Shown here: in pieces, positions 1-9,351 of the stretch | Position numbering within the stretch: position 1 is the first letter of the stretch | Layout: each line of letters begins with the position of its first letter | Notes under the pieces: generated by a model | Told to the model about the DNA's origin: nothing | Databases searched by the model: none | The model's input: the letters and a program-made list of their open reading frames with translations, nothing else | NCBI GenBank assembly: GCA_964291495.2 | Contig: OZ219871.1 | Location: 1,344,001 to 1,408,000 of the forward strand | Reading direction: 5' to 3' | Origin: Dehalococcoidia bacterium | Lineage (GTDB): Bacteria > Chloroflexota > Dehalococcoidia > UBA2979 | DNA length: 64,000 nucleotides | Made by a program: the position numbers and the translations under genes

Positions 1-1
1 C

Positions 2-382
2 ACCGGCGGATCGATCACCGGCGTCGGCGAGGTGCTGCGTGAGGCCGGCGTGGGCGTGCGCATCGTCGCCGTCGAGCCGTCGCGGTCGCCCGTGCTGCAG
101 GGCGGGCGCGCCGGGCTGCACGGCATCCAGGGCATCGGCGCCTCGTTCGTGCCGGGCGTGCTCAACCGCGAGGTCTACGACGAGGTGATCAGCGTCCGCG
201 ACGAGGACGCCTACACGATGGCGGAGCGGCTCACCCGCGAGGAAGGCCTGCTCGTCGGCATCTCCGCCGGCGGCAACGTCTGGGCCTCGATCGAGATCGG
301 CAAGCGGCTGGGGCCGGACTGTCGCGTGGTGACGATGTTGTGCGACACCGGGGAGCGCTACCTGAGCGTGGCGCTCTCGTGA
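2..382 (+). CDS. cysK: Cysteine synthase A, 5'-truncated by the window edge
   Basis: Frame reads TGGSITGVGEVL...HGIQGIGASFVP...EGLLVGISAG...CDTGERYLS, the typical CysK C-terminal half. Confidence 0.9.
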   Translation, partial: TGGSITGVGEVLREAGVGVRIVAVEPSRSPVLQGGRAGLHGIQGIGASFVPGVLNREVYDEVISVRDEDAYTMAERLTREEGLLVGISAGGNVWASIEIGKRLGPDCRVVTMLCDTGERYLSVALS

Positions 383-447
383 GCGGCAAGCGACTGGGAA
401 CGGATCGAGAGCATATGACAGAGCGGCAGGAAGGACGGCGATCGGAG

Positions 448-1566
448 ATGGCGGTCAGCGTCTACATCCCACAGCCATTCCGCAGGTTCACGGCGAACCG
501 CGAGTACGTCGAGGTGGACGGCGGCGACGTCGCGGGGGTCCTCGACGCGGTGAACGCGCGCTACCCCGGCTTCGACATGCTGGTCTATGACCGCGAGCGC
601 CGGGTGCCCGCGCACATCAACATCTACGTCAACAACCAGGAGATCCACGACCTCGACGGCATCTCGACGGCCGTCGGCGACGGCGACCAGGTCGCGGTCA
701 TCCCCGCGCTCGCGGGCGGCGCCGCGCCCAGCACGGCGCTCACCCCGGACGAGGCGATGCGCTACTCGCGGCACATCATCATGCCGCAGGTCGGCTCGAT
801 CGGGCAGCGCCAGCTGCGCAACGCGAAGGTGCTGATCGTCGGCGCGGGCGGCCTCGGCTCCCCGGTCGCGATCTACCTCGCGCTGGCCGGCGTCGGCACG
901 ATCGGCCTGGTCGACTTCGACGTGGTCGACCTCTCCAACCTGCAGCGCCAGCTGCTGCACCAGACCGAGGATGTCGGACGCACGAAGCTCGACTCGGCGG
1001 TGGACACGCTGCACGCCTACAACCCGCACGTGCGGGTCGTGACGCACCCTGCGCCGCTGCACTCGGAGAACGCGATGGAGATCATCGGGGACTACGAGAT
1101 CATCGTGAACGGCGCGGACAACTTCGCGACGCGCTACCTGGTGAACGACGCCGCCTACCTGCTGGGCAAGACCCTGGTCGACGGCTCGATCCTGCTCTTC
1201 GACGGGCAGGCCACGGTGTTCAAGCCCGGCGAGGGCTGCTACCGCTGCCTTTACCCCGCGCCGCCGCCTCCCGGCCTCGTGCCATCGTGCGCCGAGGCGG
1301 GCGTGCTCGGCGCGATCACCGGCATCGTCGGCTCGATCCAGGCGACCGAGGTGTTCAAGCAGGTGCTGGACATCGGCCGGCCACTCGTCGGGCGGCTGCT
1401 GCTGATCGACGCCTTGACCATGGAGTTCCGCGAGATGAAGCTGCGGCGCGACCCGGCTTGCCCGCTCTGCGGCGACGAGCCGACCGTGACGGAGCTCATC
1501 GACTACGACGCGTTCTGCGGCTCCCCACCGCTCGAGGCCCCGACGGCCAACGGCGGCGGACACTAG
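448..1566 (+). CDS. moeB: Fusion of a MoaD/ThiS/CysO-type ubiquitin-like domain and a MoeB/ThiF E1-like adenylyltransferase
   Basis: N-terminal ~91 aa end in IPALAGG, followed by RYSRH, GAGGLGS, DFDVVDLSNLQRQ, CYRC, SCAEAGVLG and CPLC. No C-terminal rhodanese. ATG 448 chosen because the Ubl homology starts there. Confidence 0.9.
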   Translation: MAVSVYIPQPFRRFTANREYVEVDGGDVAGVLDAVNARYPGFDMLVYDRERRVPAHINIYVNNQEIHDLDGISTAVGDGDQVAVIPALAGGAAPSTALTPDEAMRYSRHIIMPQVGSIGQRQLRNAKVLIVGAGGLGSPVAIYLALAGVGTIGLVDFDVVDLSNLQRQLLHQTEDVGRTKLDSAVDTLHAYNPHVRVVTHPAPLHSENAMEIIGDYEIIVNGADNFATRYLVNDAAYLLGKTLVDGSILLFDGQATVFKPGEGCYRCLYPAPPPPGLVPSCAEAGVLGAITGIVGSIQATEVFKQVLDIGRPLVGRLLLIDALTMEFREMKLRRDPACPLCGDEPTVTELIDYDAFCGSPPLEAPTANGGGH

Positions 1567-1606
1567 AGGCGCACGGACGTCCTCGGCGACTGGGAGGGAG
1601 CCGGCC

Positions 1607-1882
1607 TTGGAGGTGCGGGTCAACGTGACCTCGGTCATCCAGAAGACCGTCGGCGGGCAGCGCGCGCTGACCGCCGAGGGCGGCACCATCGCGGAGCTGA
1701 TCGACGACATCGAGCGGCGCTATCCGGGCTTCCGCGACCAGCTCGTCGACGAGGGCGGGCAGCTGCACCGCTTCGTCAACGTCTACCTCAACGACGAGGA
1801 TGTGCGCTTCATGGAGGGCGCCGCGACGGTCCTCAGCGAGGGCGACGAGGTGTCGATCCTCCCCGCGCTGGCCGGCGGCTAG
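1607..1882 (+). CDS. Free ubiquitin-like sulfur carrier protein (CysO/MoaD family)
   Basis: 91 aa with RFVNVYLNDEDVRF and a C-terminal PALAGG-stop; GGGAGG RBS before the TTG start. Confidence 0.92.
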   Translation: MEVRVNVTSVIQKTVGGQRALTAEGGTIAELIDDIERRYPGFRDQLVDEGGQLHRFVNVYLNDEDVRFMEGAATVLSEGDEVSILPALAGG

Positions 1883-1897
1883 CGGCGGAGCAGCATC

Positions 1898-2866
1898 GTG
1901 GGTGAGGCGGCAGCGCGGCAGACCGGGCGGACGCCCGCCGGCAGCGTGCTCGACCGCATCGGCGGCACCCCGCTGGTCGACATCTCCGCGATGTCGCCCA
2001 ACCCGGACGTCAGCATCTACGCCAAGCTCGAGGGCGAGAACCCGACCGGCTCGGTCAAGGATCGCATCGCCTGGTGGATGGTCTCGAGCGCCGAGCGCGA
2101 CGGCCGCCTGGAGCCGGGCCAGACGATCCTCGAGCCGACCTCCGGTAACACTGGGATCTCGCTCGCCATGATCGGCCGCCTCCGCGGGTACCCGGTGAAG
2201 GTGGTCATGCCGGACGCCGTCACGCGCGAGCGCGTCCAGCTGCTCGAGAGCTTCGGCGCGGAGATCCTCTACTCGCCGGGCGACCTTGGCACCAACGGCT
2301 CGGTGCGCGAGGCGGAGCGCATCCACACCGAGCATCCCGAGTGGTTCATGCCCTTCCAGTACGAGAACGAGGACAACCCGCGCGCCCACTACGACAGCAC
2401 CGCCCCCGAGATCATCGAGGATTTGCCGGACACCGACGTCTTCGTCGCCGGCCTCGGCACGGGCGGCACGCTGACCGGCGTCGGCCGGCGGCTCAAGGAG
2501 CACAACCCGGCCGTGCGTATCGTCGCCGCCGCCCCGCACCCGGGCGACCTCGTGCAGGGCCTGCGCAGCCTCGAGGAGGGCTACATCCCGCCCGTCCTCG
2601 ACGAGTCCGTGCTCGACGGCCGGATCGTCGTTGACTCGGCGACCTCGTTCCGGCTGACGCGGGAGCTGACGGAGCGCACCGGCATCTTCGCGGGCGTCTC
2701 CAGCGGTGCGGCGGTGCGCGCCGCACAGCGCGCGGCGGAGCGGATGGCCGGTGGGAAGGTGGTCTGCCTGCTGGCGGACAGCGGCTGGAAGTACCTCTCC
2801 TCGGGCCTCTGGACGCAGGACTACGACGAGATCGAGGAGGACGTAAGCACGACGCTCTGGTGGTAG
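1898..2866 (+). CDS. cysM: CysM-type cysteine synthase (probably CysO-thiocarboxylate-dependent O-phosphoserine sulfhydrylase)
   Basis: PLP motif NPTGSVKDR, PTSGNTG, GLGTGGT and ADSGWKYLS; C-terminal TLWW resembles the mycobacterial CysM tail. Confidence 0.88.
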   Translation: MGEAAARQTGRTPAGSVLDRIGGTPLVDISAMSPNPDVSIYAKLEGENPTGSVKDRIAWWMVSSAERDGRLEPGQTILEPTSGNTGISLAMIGRLRGYPVKVVMPDAVTRERVQLLESFGAEILYSPGDLGTNGSVREAERIHTEHPEWFMPFQYENEDNPRAHYDSTAPEIIEDLPDTDVFVAGLGTGGTLTGVGRRLKEHNPAVRIVAAAPHPGDLVQGLRSLEEGYIPPVLDESVLDGRIVVDSATSFRLTRELTERTGIFAGVSSGAAVRAAQRAAERMAGGKVVCLLADSGWKYLSSGLWTQDYDEIEEDVSTTLWW

Positions 2867-2915
2867 CCGGAGCGTGAACGACCGGCGGCAGGGCCGCCGG
2901 GAAGGGGGAAGCAGG

Positions 2916-3740
2916 ATGGCTGACAAGCTTGTCACCGCGGACTGGGTCGCCGAACACGGCGGCGATGCGAACGTGCGCCTCGTCGAGGTGGACGTCGACA
3001 CCGGCGCCTACGACGAGGGCCACATCGCCGGCGCCGTCGGCTGGAACTGGGCCACGCAGCTGCAGGACCAGGTGCGCCGCGACGTGATCGCGAAGGACGA
3101 CCTCGAGGAGCTCCTCGGCGCGTCCGGGATCGGCAACGACACGCACGTGGTGCTCTACGGCGACAACAACAACTGGTTCGCGGCCTACGCGCTGTGGCTG
3201 CTCGAGCTCCACGGCCACGAGCAGGTCTCGCTGATGGACGGCGGGCGCGTGAAGTGGATCGCCGACGGGCGTGAGATCACGACCGACGCGCCCTCGATCG
3301 GCCGCGCGAGCTACTCGGCGTCGGAGCAAGACGCGGGCCTGCGCGCGCAGCGCGACGAGGTGCTCGCGGCAGTCGCGGCGCAGGCGCCGCAGCTGGTGGA
3401 CGTGCGCAGCCCGGCCGAGTTCGTCGGCGAGATCATCGCGCCGCCCGGCCTGCCGGAGACGGCGCAGCGCGGCGGGCACATCCCGGGCGCGATCAACGTT
3501 CCCTGGGCGCGCGCCGTCAACGAGGACGGCACCTTCCGCAGCGCCGACGAGCTGCGCGAGATCTACGGCGGCGCCGGCGTCAGCGCGGGCGATCCGGCGA
3601 TCGCCTACTGCCGCATCGGCGAGCGCTCCTCGCACACCTGGTTCGTGCTCAAGTACCTGCTCGGCCACGAGGACGTGAAGAACTACGACGGCTCGTGGAC
3701 CGAGTACGGCTCGCTCATCGGCGTGCCGATCGAGACCTAG
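2916..3740 (+). CDS. Tandem-domain rhodanese / thiosulfate sulfurtransferase (CysA/SseA-like)
   Basis: GHIAGAV, YGDNNNWFAAY, GHIPGA, active-site YCRIGERS and NYDGSWTEY. Confidence 0.93.
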   Translation: MADKLVTADWVAEHGGDANVRLVEVDVDTGAYDEGHIAGAVGWNWATQLQDQVRRDVIAKDDLEELLGASGIGNDTHVVLYGDNNNWFAAYALWLLELHGHEQVSLMDGGRVKWIADGREITTDAPSIGRASYSASEQDAGLRAQRDEVLAAVAAQAPQLVDVRSPAEFVGEIIAPPGLPETAQRGGHIPGAINVPWARAVNEDGTFRSADELREIYGGAGVSAGDPAIAYCRIGERSSHTWFVLKYLLGHEDVKNYDGSWTEYGSLIGVPIET

Positions 3741-3750
3741 CCCGGAGCCG

Positions 3751-4149
3751 GTGGCGGCGGGCGCGATGGCGGGAGGCAGCGAGGGCGGGCGCGGATCGCA
3801 GCGCGCGATCGTCGAGCGAGCGATCGCGCGCGGCGAGTACGGGCTGCTGACGCTGCGCTTCCGCACCTCCGTCCTCGACCGCTACCGCGAACGGGCGGAC
3901 GCGCGGATGATCCGCACGCGCACGGTCGGCCGCATCGCGATCGTGCGCGGCTGGTCGATCGACGCGGGGATCGCGCCCGGCGAGGAGGAGATCGAGGTGT
4001 TCGCGTCGGACTTCGCCGAGCGTGTCCCCGAGGCTGAGCGCGCGCACTGGCTCGACCACCTCGCGGTGCAGCCGTCGAGCGCGAACTTCGCGCTGATGCG
4101 GCTCAGCGGGAACGCCTGCATCGACGACGGCGAGCCGGAGGCCTGGTAG
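3751..4149 (+). CDS. Hypothetical protein inside the sulfur-carrier operon
   Basis: Fits tightly between the rhodanese and JAB genes with host-like codon usage; single Cys in the C-terminal ACIDDG. Start may be ATG 3766. Confidence 0.75.
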   Translation: MAAGAMAGGSEGGRGSQRAIVERAIARGEYGLLTLRFRTSVLDRYRERADARMIRTRTVGRIAIVRGWSIDAGIAPGEEEIEVFASDFAERVPEAERAHWLDHLAVQPSSANFALMRLSGNACIDDGEPEAW

Positions 4150-4151
4150 CG

Positions 4152-4583
4152 GTGCCGCGGATTCCTCGAGCCATCGCCGACGCGATCATCGCGCACGCCC
4201 GAGAGGATCTGCCGAACGAGGCGTGCGGCCTGGTGCACGCGAAGGACGGCGAGCCGATCTCGGTGCACCGCGTCACCAACGTCGCCGCCAGCCCCTACCG
4301 CTTCGAGATGCACGGCATGGAGCAGATGCGGCTGGAGCAGCAGCGCGACGAGCGAGGCGAGACGCTGTTCGCGATCTACCACTCGCACGTCGCCTCCCCC
4401 GCCTACCCCTCGCAGACCGACGTGCGGATGGCGTTCTTCCCGCCCGGAGAGACGGACCGCGATCCGGCCTACCCGGGAACCTTCTACCTGCTCGTCTCGC
4501 TCGCCGAGGATCCGCCGCCGCTGCACACCTACTACATTCACAAGGGCGGCGTGATCGAGGAGATCCCCGCCGAGATCGTCTGA
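4152..4583 (+). CDS. JAB/MPN+ (Mov34, M67) metallopeptidase, Mec-like
   Basis: PNEACG plus the JAMM motif YHSHVASPAYPSQTD (HxH-x7-S-x2-D). Confidence 0.93.
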   Translation: MPRIPRAIADAIIAHAREDLPNEACGLVHAKDGEPISVHRVTNVAASPYRFEMHGMEQMRLEQQRDERGETLFAIYHSHVASPAYPSQTDVRMAFFPPGETDRDPAYPGTFYLLVSLAEDPPPLHTYYIHKGGVIEEIPAEIV

Positions 4584-4601
4584 CCGTCCGGAGCGTCCTC
4601 G

Positions 4602-5474
4602 ATGCCGCCCGAACCATCCGCCTCGCCGCCCCCGCCGATCACGATCGGCGGACGCTGCTTCGAGTGGGGACGGCGCAGCTACGTGATGGGCATCGTCAAC
4701 GCCACGCCCGACTCCTTCTCCGGCGACGGCGTCCTCGACCCCGCCGCCGCCGCCGGCCAGGCCGCGCGCATGGTCGGGGACGGCGCGGACCTGATCGACG
4801 TCGGCGCGGAGTCCACGCGGCCCGACCACGAGCCCCTCGACGCTGCCGGGGAGTGGGCGCGCCTCGCGCCCGTGCTGCGCGCCGTGCGCGAGGCAGTCGA
4901 GGCGCCGATCAGCGTCGACACCTCGAAGGCGCACGTCGCCGAGCGCGCCTTCGACGCAGGCGCGGACGCACTCAACGACGTGCACGGCCTGCGCGCCGAC
5001 CCCGCGCTCGCGCCGCTGCTCGCCGCGCGCGGGCTGCCCGCCGTGCTGATGCACAACCAGCGCGGCCGCCCCGCCTCCGGCGACGTGATCGCCGACGTGC
5101 GCGCGGGCCTCGAGGAGTCGCTCGCGATCGCCGAGGCGGCGGGCGTGCGGCGCGAGCTGCTGATCCTCGATCCCGGCTTCGGGTTCGGGATCGGGCCGGC
5201 GCAGAGCCTCGAGCTCGTGCGCCGGCTCGGCGAGCTGCGCTGCTTCGGGCGGCCGCTGCTGCTGGGTAGCTCGCGCAAGTCCGCGATCGGCTGGGCGCTC
5301 GGGCGCGAGCAGGAGCCGGCCGCCTCGCGCGTCGCCGGGAGCGCCGCAACGGTGGCGCTCGCCATCGCCGCCGGGGCCGACATCGTGCGCGTCCACGACG
5401 TGCGCGAGATGGCGGACGTCGCGAGGGTCACGGACGCGGTCCTGCACGGGCGTCGCCGCGAGGAGCCGGCGTGA
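4602..5474 (+). CDS. folP: Dihydropteroate synthase
   Basis: [31 protein letters not shown] and RVHDV. Confidence 0.95.
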   Translation: MPPEPSASPPPPITIGGRCFEWGRRSYVMGIVNATPDSFSGDGVLDPAAAAGQAARMVGDGADLIDVGAESTRPDHEPLDAAGEWARLAPVLRAVREAVEAPISVDTSKAHVAERAFDAGADALNDVHGLRADPALAPLLAARGLPAVLMHNQRGRPASGDVIADVRAGLEESLAIAEAAGVRRELLILDPGFGFGIGPAQSLELVRRLGELRCFGRPLLLGSSRKSAIGWALGREQEPAASRVAGSAATVALAIAAGADIVRVHDVREMADVARVTDAVLHGRRREEPA

Positions 5475-6001
5475 CGGCGGGCGCCGTGCTGCGCGTCTAC
5501 CTGGGCATCGGCGGCAACCTCGGCGACCGCGTCGCCGCGCTGCGCACGGGCCTCGAGCGGCTTGCCGAGGCGGGCGTGACCATCGAGGCGGTCTCATCGC
5601 TCTGGGAGACGGAGCCGTGGGGTGGACCGGCCTGCGCCGAGCCCGCGCCGGCCTACGCGAACGCCGCCGCCTGCGTGCGCAGCACGCTCGAACCCCTTGA
5701 GCTGCTGCGCCTCTGCAAGCGCATCGAGGTCGCCGCGGGGCGCGATCTGGACGCGCCGCGCAACAGCCCGCGCCCGCTCGATCTCGACCTGCTGCTCGCC
5801 GGCGACCTGCGCATCGAGAGCGAGGAGCTGCGGATCCCGCACCCGCGCATGCACCAGCGCGGCTTCGTGCTCGTTCCCCTCGCCGAGATCGCACCGGACG
5901 TCGTGCACCCGCTGCTCGGGCGCTCGATCGCCGAGCTGCGCGACGCGGTGGGCCTCGAGGGCGTCGAGCCGCTCTCGCCGGCGGGCTGGGAGTCCGGCTA
6001 G
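5471..6001 (+). CDS. folK: 2-amino-4-hydroxy-6-hydroxymethyldihydropteridine pyrophosphokinase
   Basis: [20 protein letters not shown] and [16 protein letters not shown]. Confidence 0.95.
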   Translation: MTAGAVLRVYLGIGGNLGDRVAALRTGLERLAEAGVTIEAVSSLWETEPWGGPACAEPAPAYANAAACVRSTLEPLELLRLCKRIEVAAGRDLDAPRNSPRPLDLDLLLAGDLRIESEELRIPHPRMHQRGFVLVPLAEIAPDVVHPLLGRSIAELRDAVGLEGVEPLSPAGWESG

Positions 6002-6741
6002 CCCTCCAGCAGCCGCTCGCGCAGGCGCGCGATCAGCGGCTCGTCGACGCCTCCGAGGGCTAGCAATGCCTCGGTCGAGCCGTAGCGCGCGTCGATCCCG
6101 CTGAGCAGCGAGCGCATCGTCTCGGGCGCGGCGTCGAGCATCTCGCGCGTGAGATCGGTACCCCACGTCTTGCCGCGCTCCGCGATCTGCTCGTCGCTGA
6201 GGTCGCGCCACATCGTCAGGTACTCGCGGGTCAGCGCGTAGTCCGCGACGATCGTCTCGTCCGGCACGCCGAGGGCGCGCAGCAGCAGCGCCGCCGTCAC
6301 GCCCGTGCGGTCCTTGCCGCCCTCGCAGTTGAAGGCCACGGTCCGGCTCGTGTCGGCCTCGGCGATCGCGGCGAAGACCTTGCCGATCGCCGTCACGGCG
6401 TCCTCGACGCCTTGCAGGTAGTCGAGGCCGGGCCCGTTGCGGGCGCGCATCGTGACCCGCCCGTAGGGCTGGTGGCGGTGCTCCACGCCGTGCTCGTGCA
6501 GCGCGGAGATTCCGCTCCTCTCCAACTCCTCGTTGGTGCGCAGGTCGATCACGAGCGCGAGGTCGAGGTCGAGCAGGCGCTGTACGTCGGCCGGTGTTGC
6601 CTGCGAGAGCGTGCTGGAGCGGTACACAGTGCGCCAGCGCACGCGTGCGCCCTCGCTGGTCTCGTACCCGCCGAGGTCCCGGAAGTTCGTCACGCGCTCG
6701 AACGGGAGGCGACGCTCGAGGGCCTCCGCTGGGCCCGTCAT
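5998..6741 (-). CDS. Tyrosine/dual-specificity protein phosphatase (IphP/PtpB-like)
   Basis: [13 protein letters not shown] and P-loop [13 protein letters not shown] 6741 overlaps the upstream stop. Confidence 0.88.
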   Translation of the reverse strand: MTGPAEALERRLPFERVTNFRDLGGYETSEGARVRWRTVYRSSTLSQATPADVQRLLDLDLALVIDLRTNEELERSGISALHEHGVEHRHQPYGRVTMRARNGPGLDYLQGVEDAVTAIGKVFAAIAEADTSRTVAFNCEGGKDRTGVTAALLLRALGVPDETIVADYALTREYLTMWRDLSDEQIAERGKTWGTDLTREMLDAAPETMRSLLSGIDARYGSTEALLALGGVDEPLIARLRERLLEG

Positions 6742-6968
6742 GGGTTGCCGCCGGACGGGGGCTCGTCCTCGTCGTCCCACCGGGCGTACGCCATCGTGTA
6801 GCCGATCCAGAAGGCGAGGGCGGAGAGCACGGCAACGCCGGCGCCGACGGGCAGCGCGAGCGCGGCGTAGGAGCGCCGCGCGGCCGCGCCGAGGAAGACG
6901 AACAGCTGCAGGAACGCGCCGGCCATCAGCAGCAGGCCGAGCCGCCGCGAGCGGTCGGCGTCGCTCAC
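6738..6968 (-). CDS. Small two-TM membrane protein, unknown function
   Basis: 76 aa with two hydrophobic stretches; overlaps both neighbours by 4 bp. Confidence 0.7.
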   Translation of the reverse strand: MSDADRSRRLGLLLMAGAFLQLFVFLGAAARRSYAALALPVGAGVAVLSALAFWIGYTMAYARWDDEDEPPSGGNP

Positions 6969-7171
6969 GGGGACGCCTCGGCGAGCTCCGGCGGCAGCAG
7001 ATTGGGGATGCCGTCCTCGATGCGGTAGCGGTGGTCGCAGGCCGCGCAGTGCAGCTCGCCGCGCACGATCTCCTCGCGACCGTGCGCGTCGCTCTCCGCC
7101 TGCTCGACGGTCAGCGTCAGCTCACCCTTGCAGACGGGGCAGGCGAGGATCTCCAGCAGCTCGTGGCGCAT
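6965..7171 (-). CDS. Trm112 family protein (methyltransferase activator-like, Zn finger)
   Basis: LLEILACPVCKGEL...LHCAACDHRYRIEDGIPNLL; GGAGG RBS. Confidence 0.9.
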   Translation of the reverse strand: MRHELLEILACPVCKGELTLTVEQAESDAHGREEIVRGELHCAACDHRYRIEDGIPNLLPPELAEASP

Positions 7172-7284
7172 CGGGCCTCCCTGCGCGCCTCGGCGCGGCG
7201 GCGCTCAATGATAGGTGCTGCCGACCGTGGATGCTTGCTGGTCCGAGTCCGCGCAGCCGGTACCATGCAACGGGGACCGCAACT

Positions 7285-8079
7285 ATGGACAGGCGACTAG
7301 CGGCGAATCGCAAGAACTGGGATGAGCGCACACCCGCCCACGCGGCCTCGGACCATTACGACGTGCAGGGCTTCAAGCAGGGCCGGATCACCCTCACCGA
7401 CATCGAGCGGCACGAGGTCGGCGACGTATCCGGCAAGACGCTGCTTCACCTGCAGTGTCACTTCGGCCTGGACACGATGTCGTGGTCCCGGCTGGGGGCG
7501 AAGGCGACGGGGGTGGACTTCTCGGAGACCGCAATCGGCCTGGCCCGCGCGCTCAACGAGGAGTTGGAGCTGGGCGTTCGATTCATCAGTTCCAACATCT
7601 ACGACCTGCCAGACGTCCTCGACGAGCAGTTCGACATCGTGTTCACCTCATACGGCGTCCTGAGCTGGCTGCCTGATATCGGCGGGTGGGCCGAGGTCGC
7701 AAGCAACCACCTCAAACCAGCGGGCGTGTTCTACATCGTGGAGTTCCACCCGTTCGCGGCGGTGTTCGAGGCGTCCGAGGCGGGTGACATGGCGCCGCTG
7801 CACGGCTACTTTCACCACGAGCTGTTCTCCGAGGGCGGCGAGCCAGGCTACGCGGGCACGGAGCTACTGAAGACCCCGACCTACGAGTGGCAGCACAGCA
7901 TGAGCGACATCGTCTGCGCGCTGATCGACGCGGGCTTGCGCATCGAGTTCCTGCACGAGTTCCCCTTCACCCCCTACCAGGCCCATCCCGTGATGGAGCG
8001 GGGAGACGACGGCTGGTGGCGGCTTCCGAGGCACAACGAGAGCTTCCCGCAGCTGTTCTCAATCAGGGCGACCAGGTGA
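7285..8079 (+). CDS. Class I SAM-dependent methyltransferase
   Basis: NRKNWDER, LLHLQCHFGLDT, GVDFS, FDIVFTSYG and LKPAG. Confidence 0.9.
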   Translation: MDRRLAANRKNWDERTPAHAASDHYDVQGFKQGRITLTDIERHEVGDVSGKTLLHLQCHFGLDTMSWSRLGAKATGVDFSETAIGLARALNEELELGVRFISSNIYDLPDVLDEQFDIVFTSYGVLSWLPDIGGWAEVASNHLKPAGVFYIVEFHPFAAVFEASEAGDMAPLHGYFHHELFSEGGEPGYAGTELLKTPTYEWQHSMSDIVCALIDAGLRIEFLHEFPFTPYQAHPVMERGDDGWWRLPRHNESFPQLFSIRATR

Positions 8080-8210
8080 GTGGCGCGAGATCCGATTGCC
8101 GGAGACGGCCCCGCAAGGCACGTGCTGCCGTCCAGGCGCGCTCGCTGGTCGCCGCCCCCCGCCCTCACTAGACTCGAACACCCGAGGGCGCGACGGACGG
8201 GGCTGGCGCG

Positions 8211-8888
8211 ATGGCAGAGCGGATCCCGCTGCAGCGCGCCGTCGCCGTCATCGGCGACGACAGCGTGGCGATCCGGCGCTCGCGCGCCCAGCTGGTCGCC
8301 CCGCTGATCCAGCTCGCTCTGGCCGCCGGGGCCGTCGCGCTGATCGTCGCCTTCCTCGATGCCCTGCCGCTGGCGCTGCTCATGGTGCTGCTCGTCGTCG
8401 CGCTGCTGATGGGGCCGATCGCGACGCTCGGGCTGATCTACAACGTGATCGGCCGCTCCGTGCTGCTGGAGCGCCGGAAGCAGTCCGTGCGCTGGCAGCA
8501 GGGCCTGCTCGGCCTCGGCATCGGCACCGACGAGCTCGTGCCGTTCTGGCGCATCGACCACATCGCCGTCGAGGGCGACTACGAGGCGGAGCTGGAGAGC
8601 GGCGAGCGGCAGGACCTCGTGACCTGGGAGGTCGAGCTGGTGAAGGACAACGGCAAGCGGCTCACGATCGGCACGGTCGTCGTCGCCCGCCCGCTCGCGG
8701 CCGAGGGCCTGGCGCGCGCGAACCGCCTGGCCGAGGCGGTCGCGGAGCGCAGCGACTCGGCGGCGCACCTCGCCGCGCTGCCGGACGAGCCGCCCGAGGA
8801 GGCGGCAGCGGCGGAAGCCGCGCGGCCGAGGCGCCGCCGCCGCATGGTGCGCGCGGGCTCGGCTCCGCCGGAGGTGAGCGATGACTAG
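8211..8888 (+). CDS. Hypothetical membrane protein (2 TM plus a soluble domain)
   Basis: Hydrophobic N-terminal helices; overlaps the next gene. Confidence 0.7.
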   Translation: MAERIPLQRAVAVIGDDSVAIRRSRAQLVAPLIQLALAAGAVALIVAFLDALPLALLMVLLVVALLMGPIATLGLIYNVIGRSVLLERRKQSVRWQQGLLGLGIGTDELVPFWRIDHIAVEGDYEAELESGERQDLVTWEVELVKDNGKRLTIGTVVVARPLAAEGLARANRLAEAVAERSDSAAHLAALPDEPPEEAAAAEAARPRRRRRMVRAGSAPPEVSDD

Positions 8889-9351
8889 CGAGCCGCTGGA
8901 GTGGCAGCTCCTGCGCGAGGCGCGCACGATCGCCGTCGTCGCGCGCTCGCCGCGCACCGATCGCCCGTGGCACGACATCGCCGGCTACCTGATCGAGGCG
9001 GGGTACCTCGTCTACCTCGTGAACCCGCTGCTCGACGAGGCGCATGGGCGGCGCTGCTATGACAGCGTCGACGAGTTGCCGGAGCGCGTCGACATCGTCG
9101 ACGTGTTTCGCCTGCCGTGGGAGGCGCCGGAGGTCGTCGAGGACGCCATCGAGGCGGGTGCGGGCGCGGTCTGGCTGCAGCTCGGCATCGTGCATGAGGA
9201 GGCGGCCGCGCGCGCCCGCGGTGCGGGGCTGCCGGTGGTGATGGATCGCTGCACGAAGGTCGATCACATGCGGATGCAGGCGGACGCAACCGGGGGCGGT
9301 GCGCTACACTGGCGGTCTCCCCCACCCGGTAGCGGAGAGGGGCGCGCTTGA
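8881..9351 (+). CDS. CoA-binding protein (YccU-like)
   Basis: RTIAVV, VYLVNP, VDIVDVFR, WLQLGI and VMDRC. Confidence 0.88.
   Translation: MTSEPLEWQLLREARTIAVVARSPRTDRPWHDIAGYLIEAGYLVYLVNPLLDEAHGRRCYDSVDELPERVDIVDVFRLPWEAPEVVEDAIEAGAGAVWLQLGIVHEEAAARARGAGLPVVMDRCTKVDHMRMQADATGGGALHWRSPPPGSGEGRA

Noticed and set aside
448-4583. Ubl/E1/JAB genes read as an antiphage conjugation system (CBASS Cap2/Cap3 or Bil-type)
   Set aside because: No recognisable E2, cyclase or effector. The context (CysK, CysM, rhodanese) points to sulfur metabolism. Protein conjugation remains only a secondary possibility, noted in the findings.
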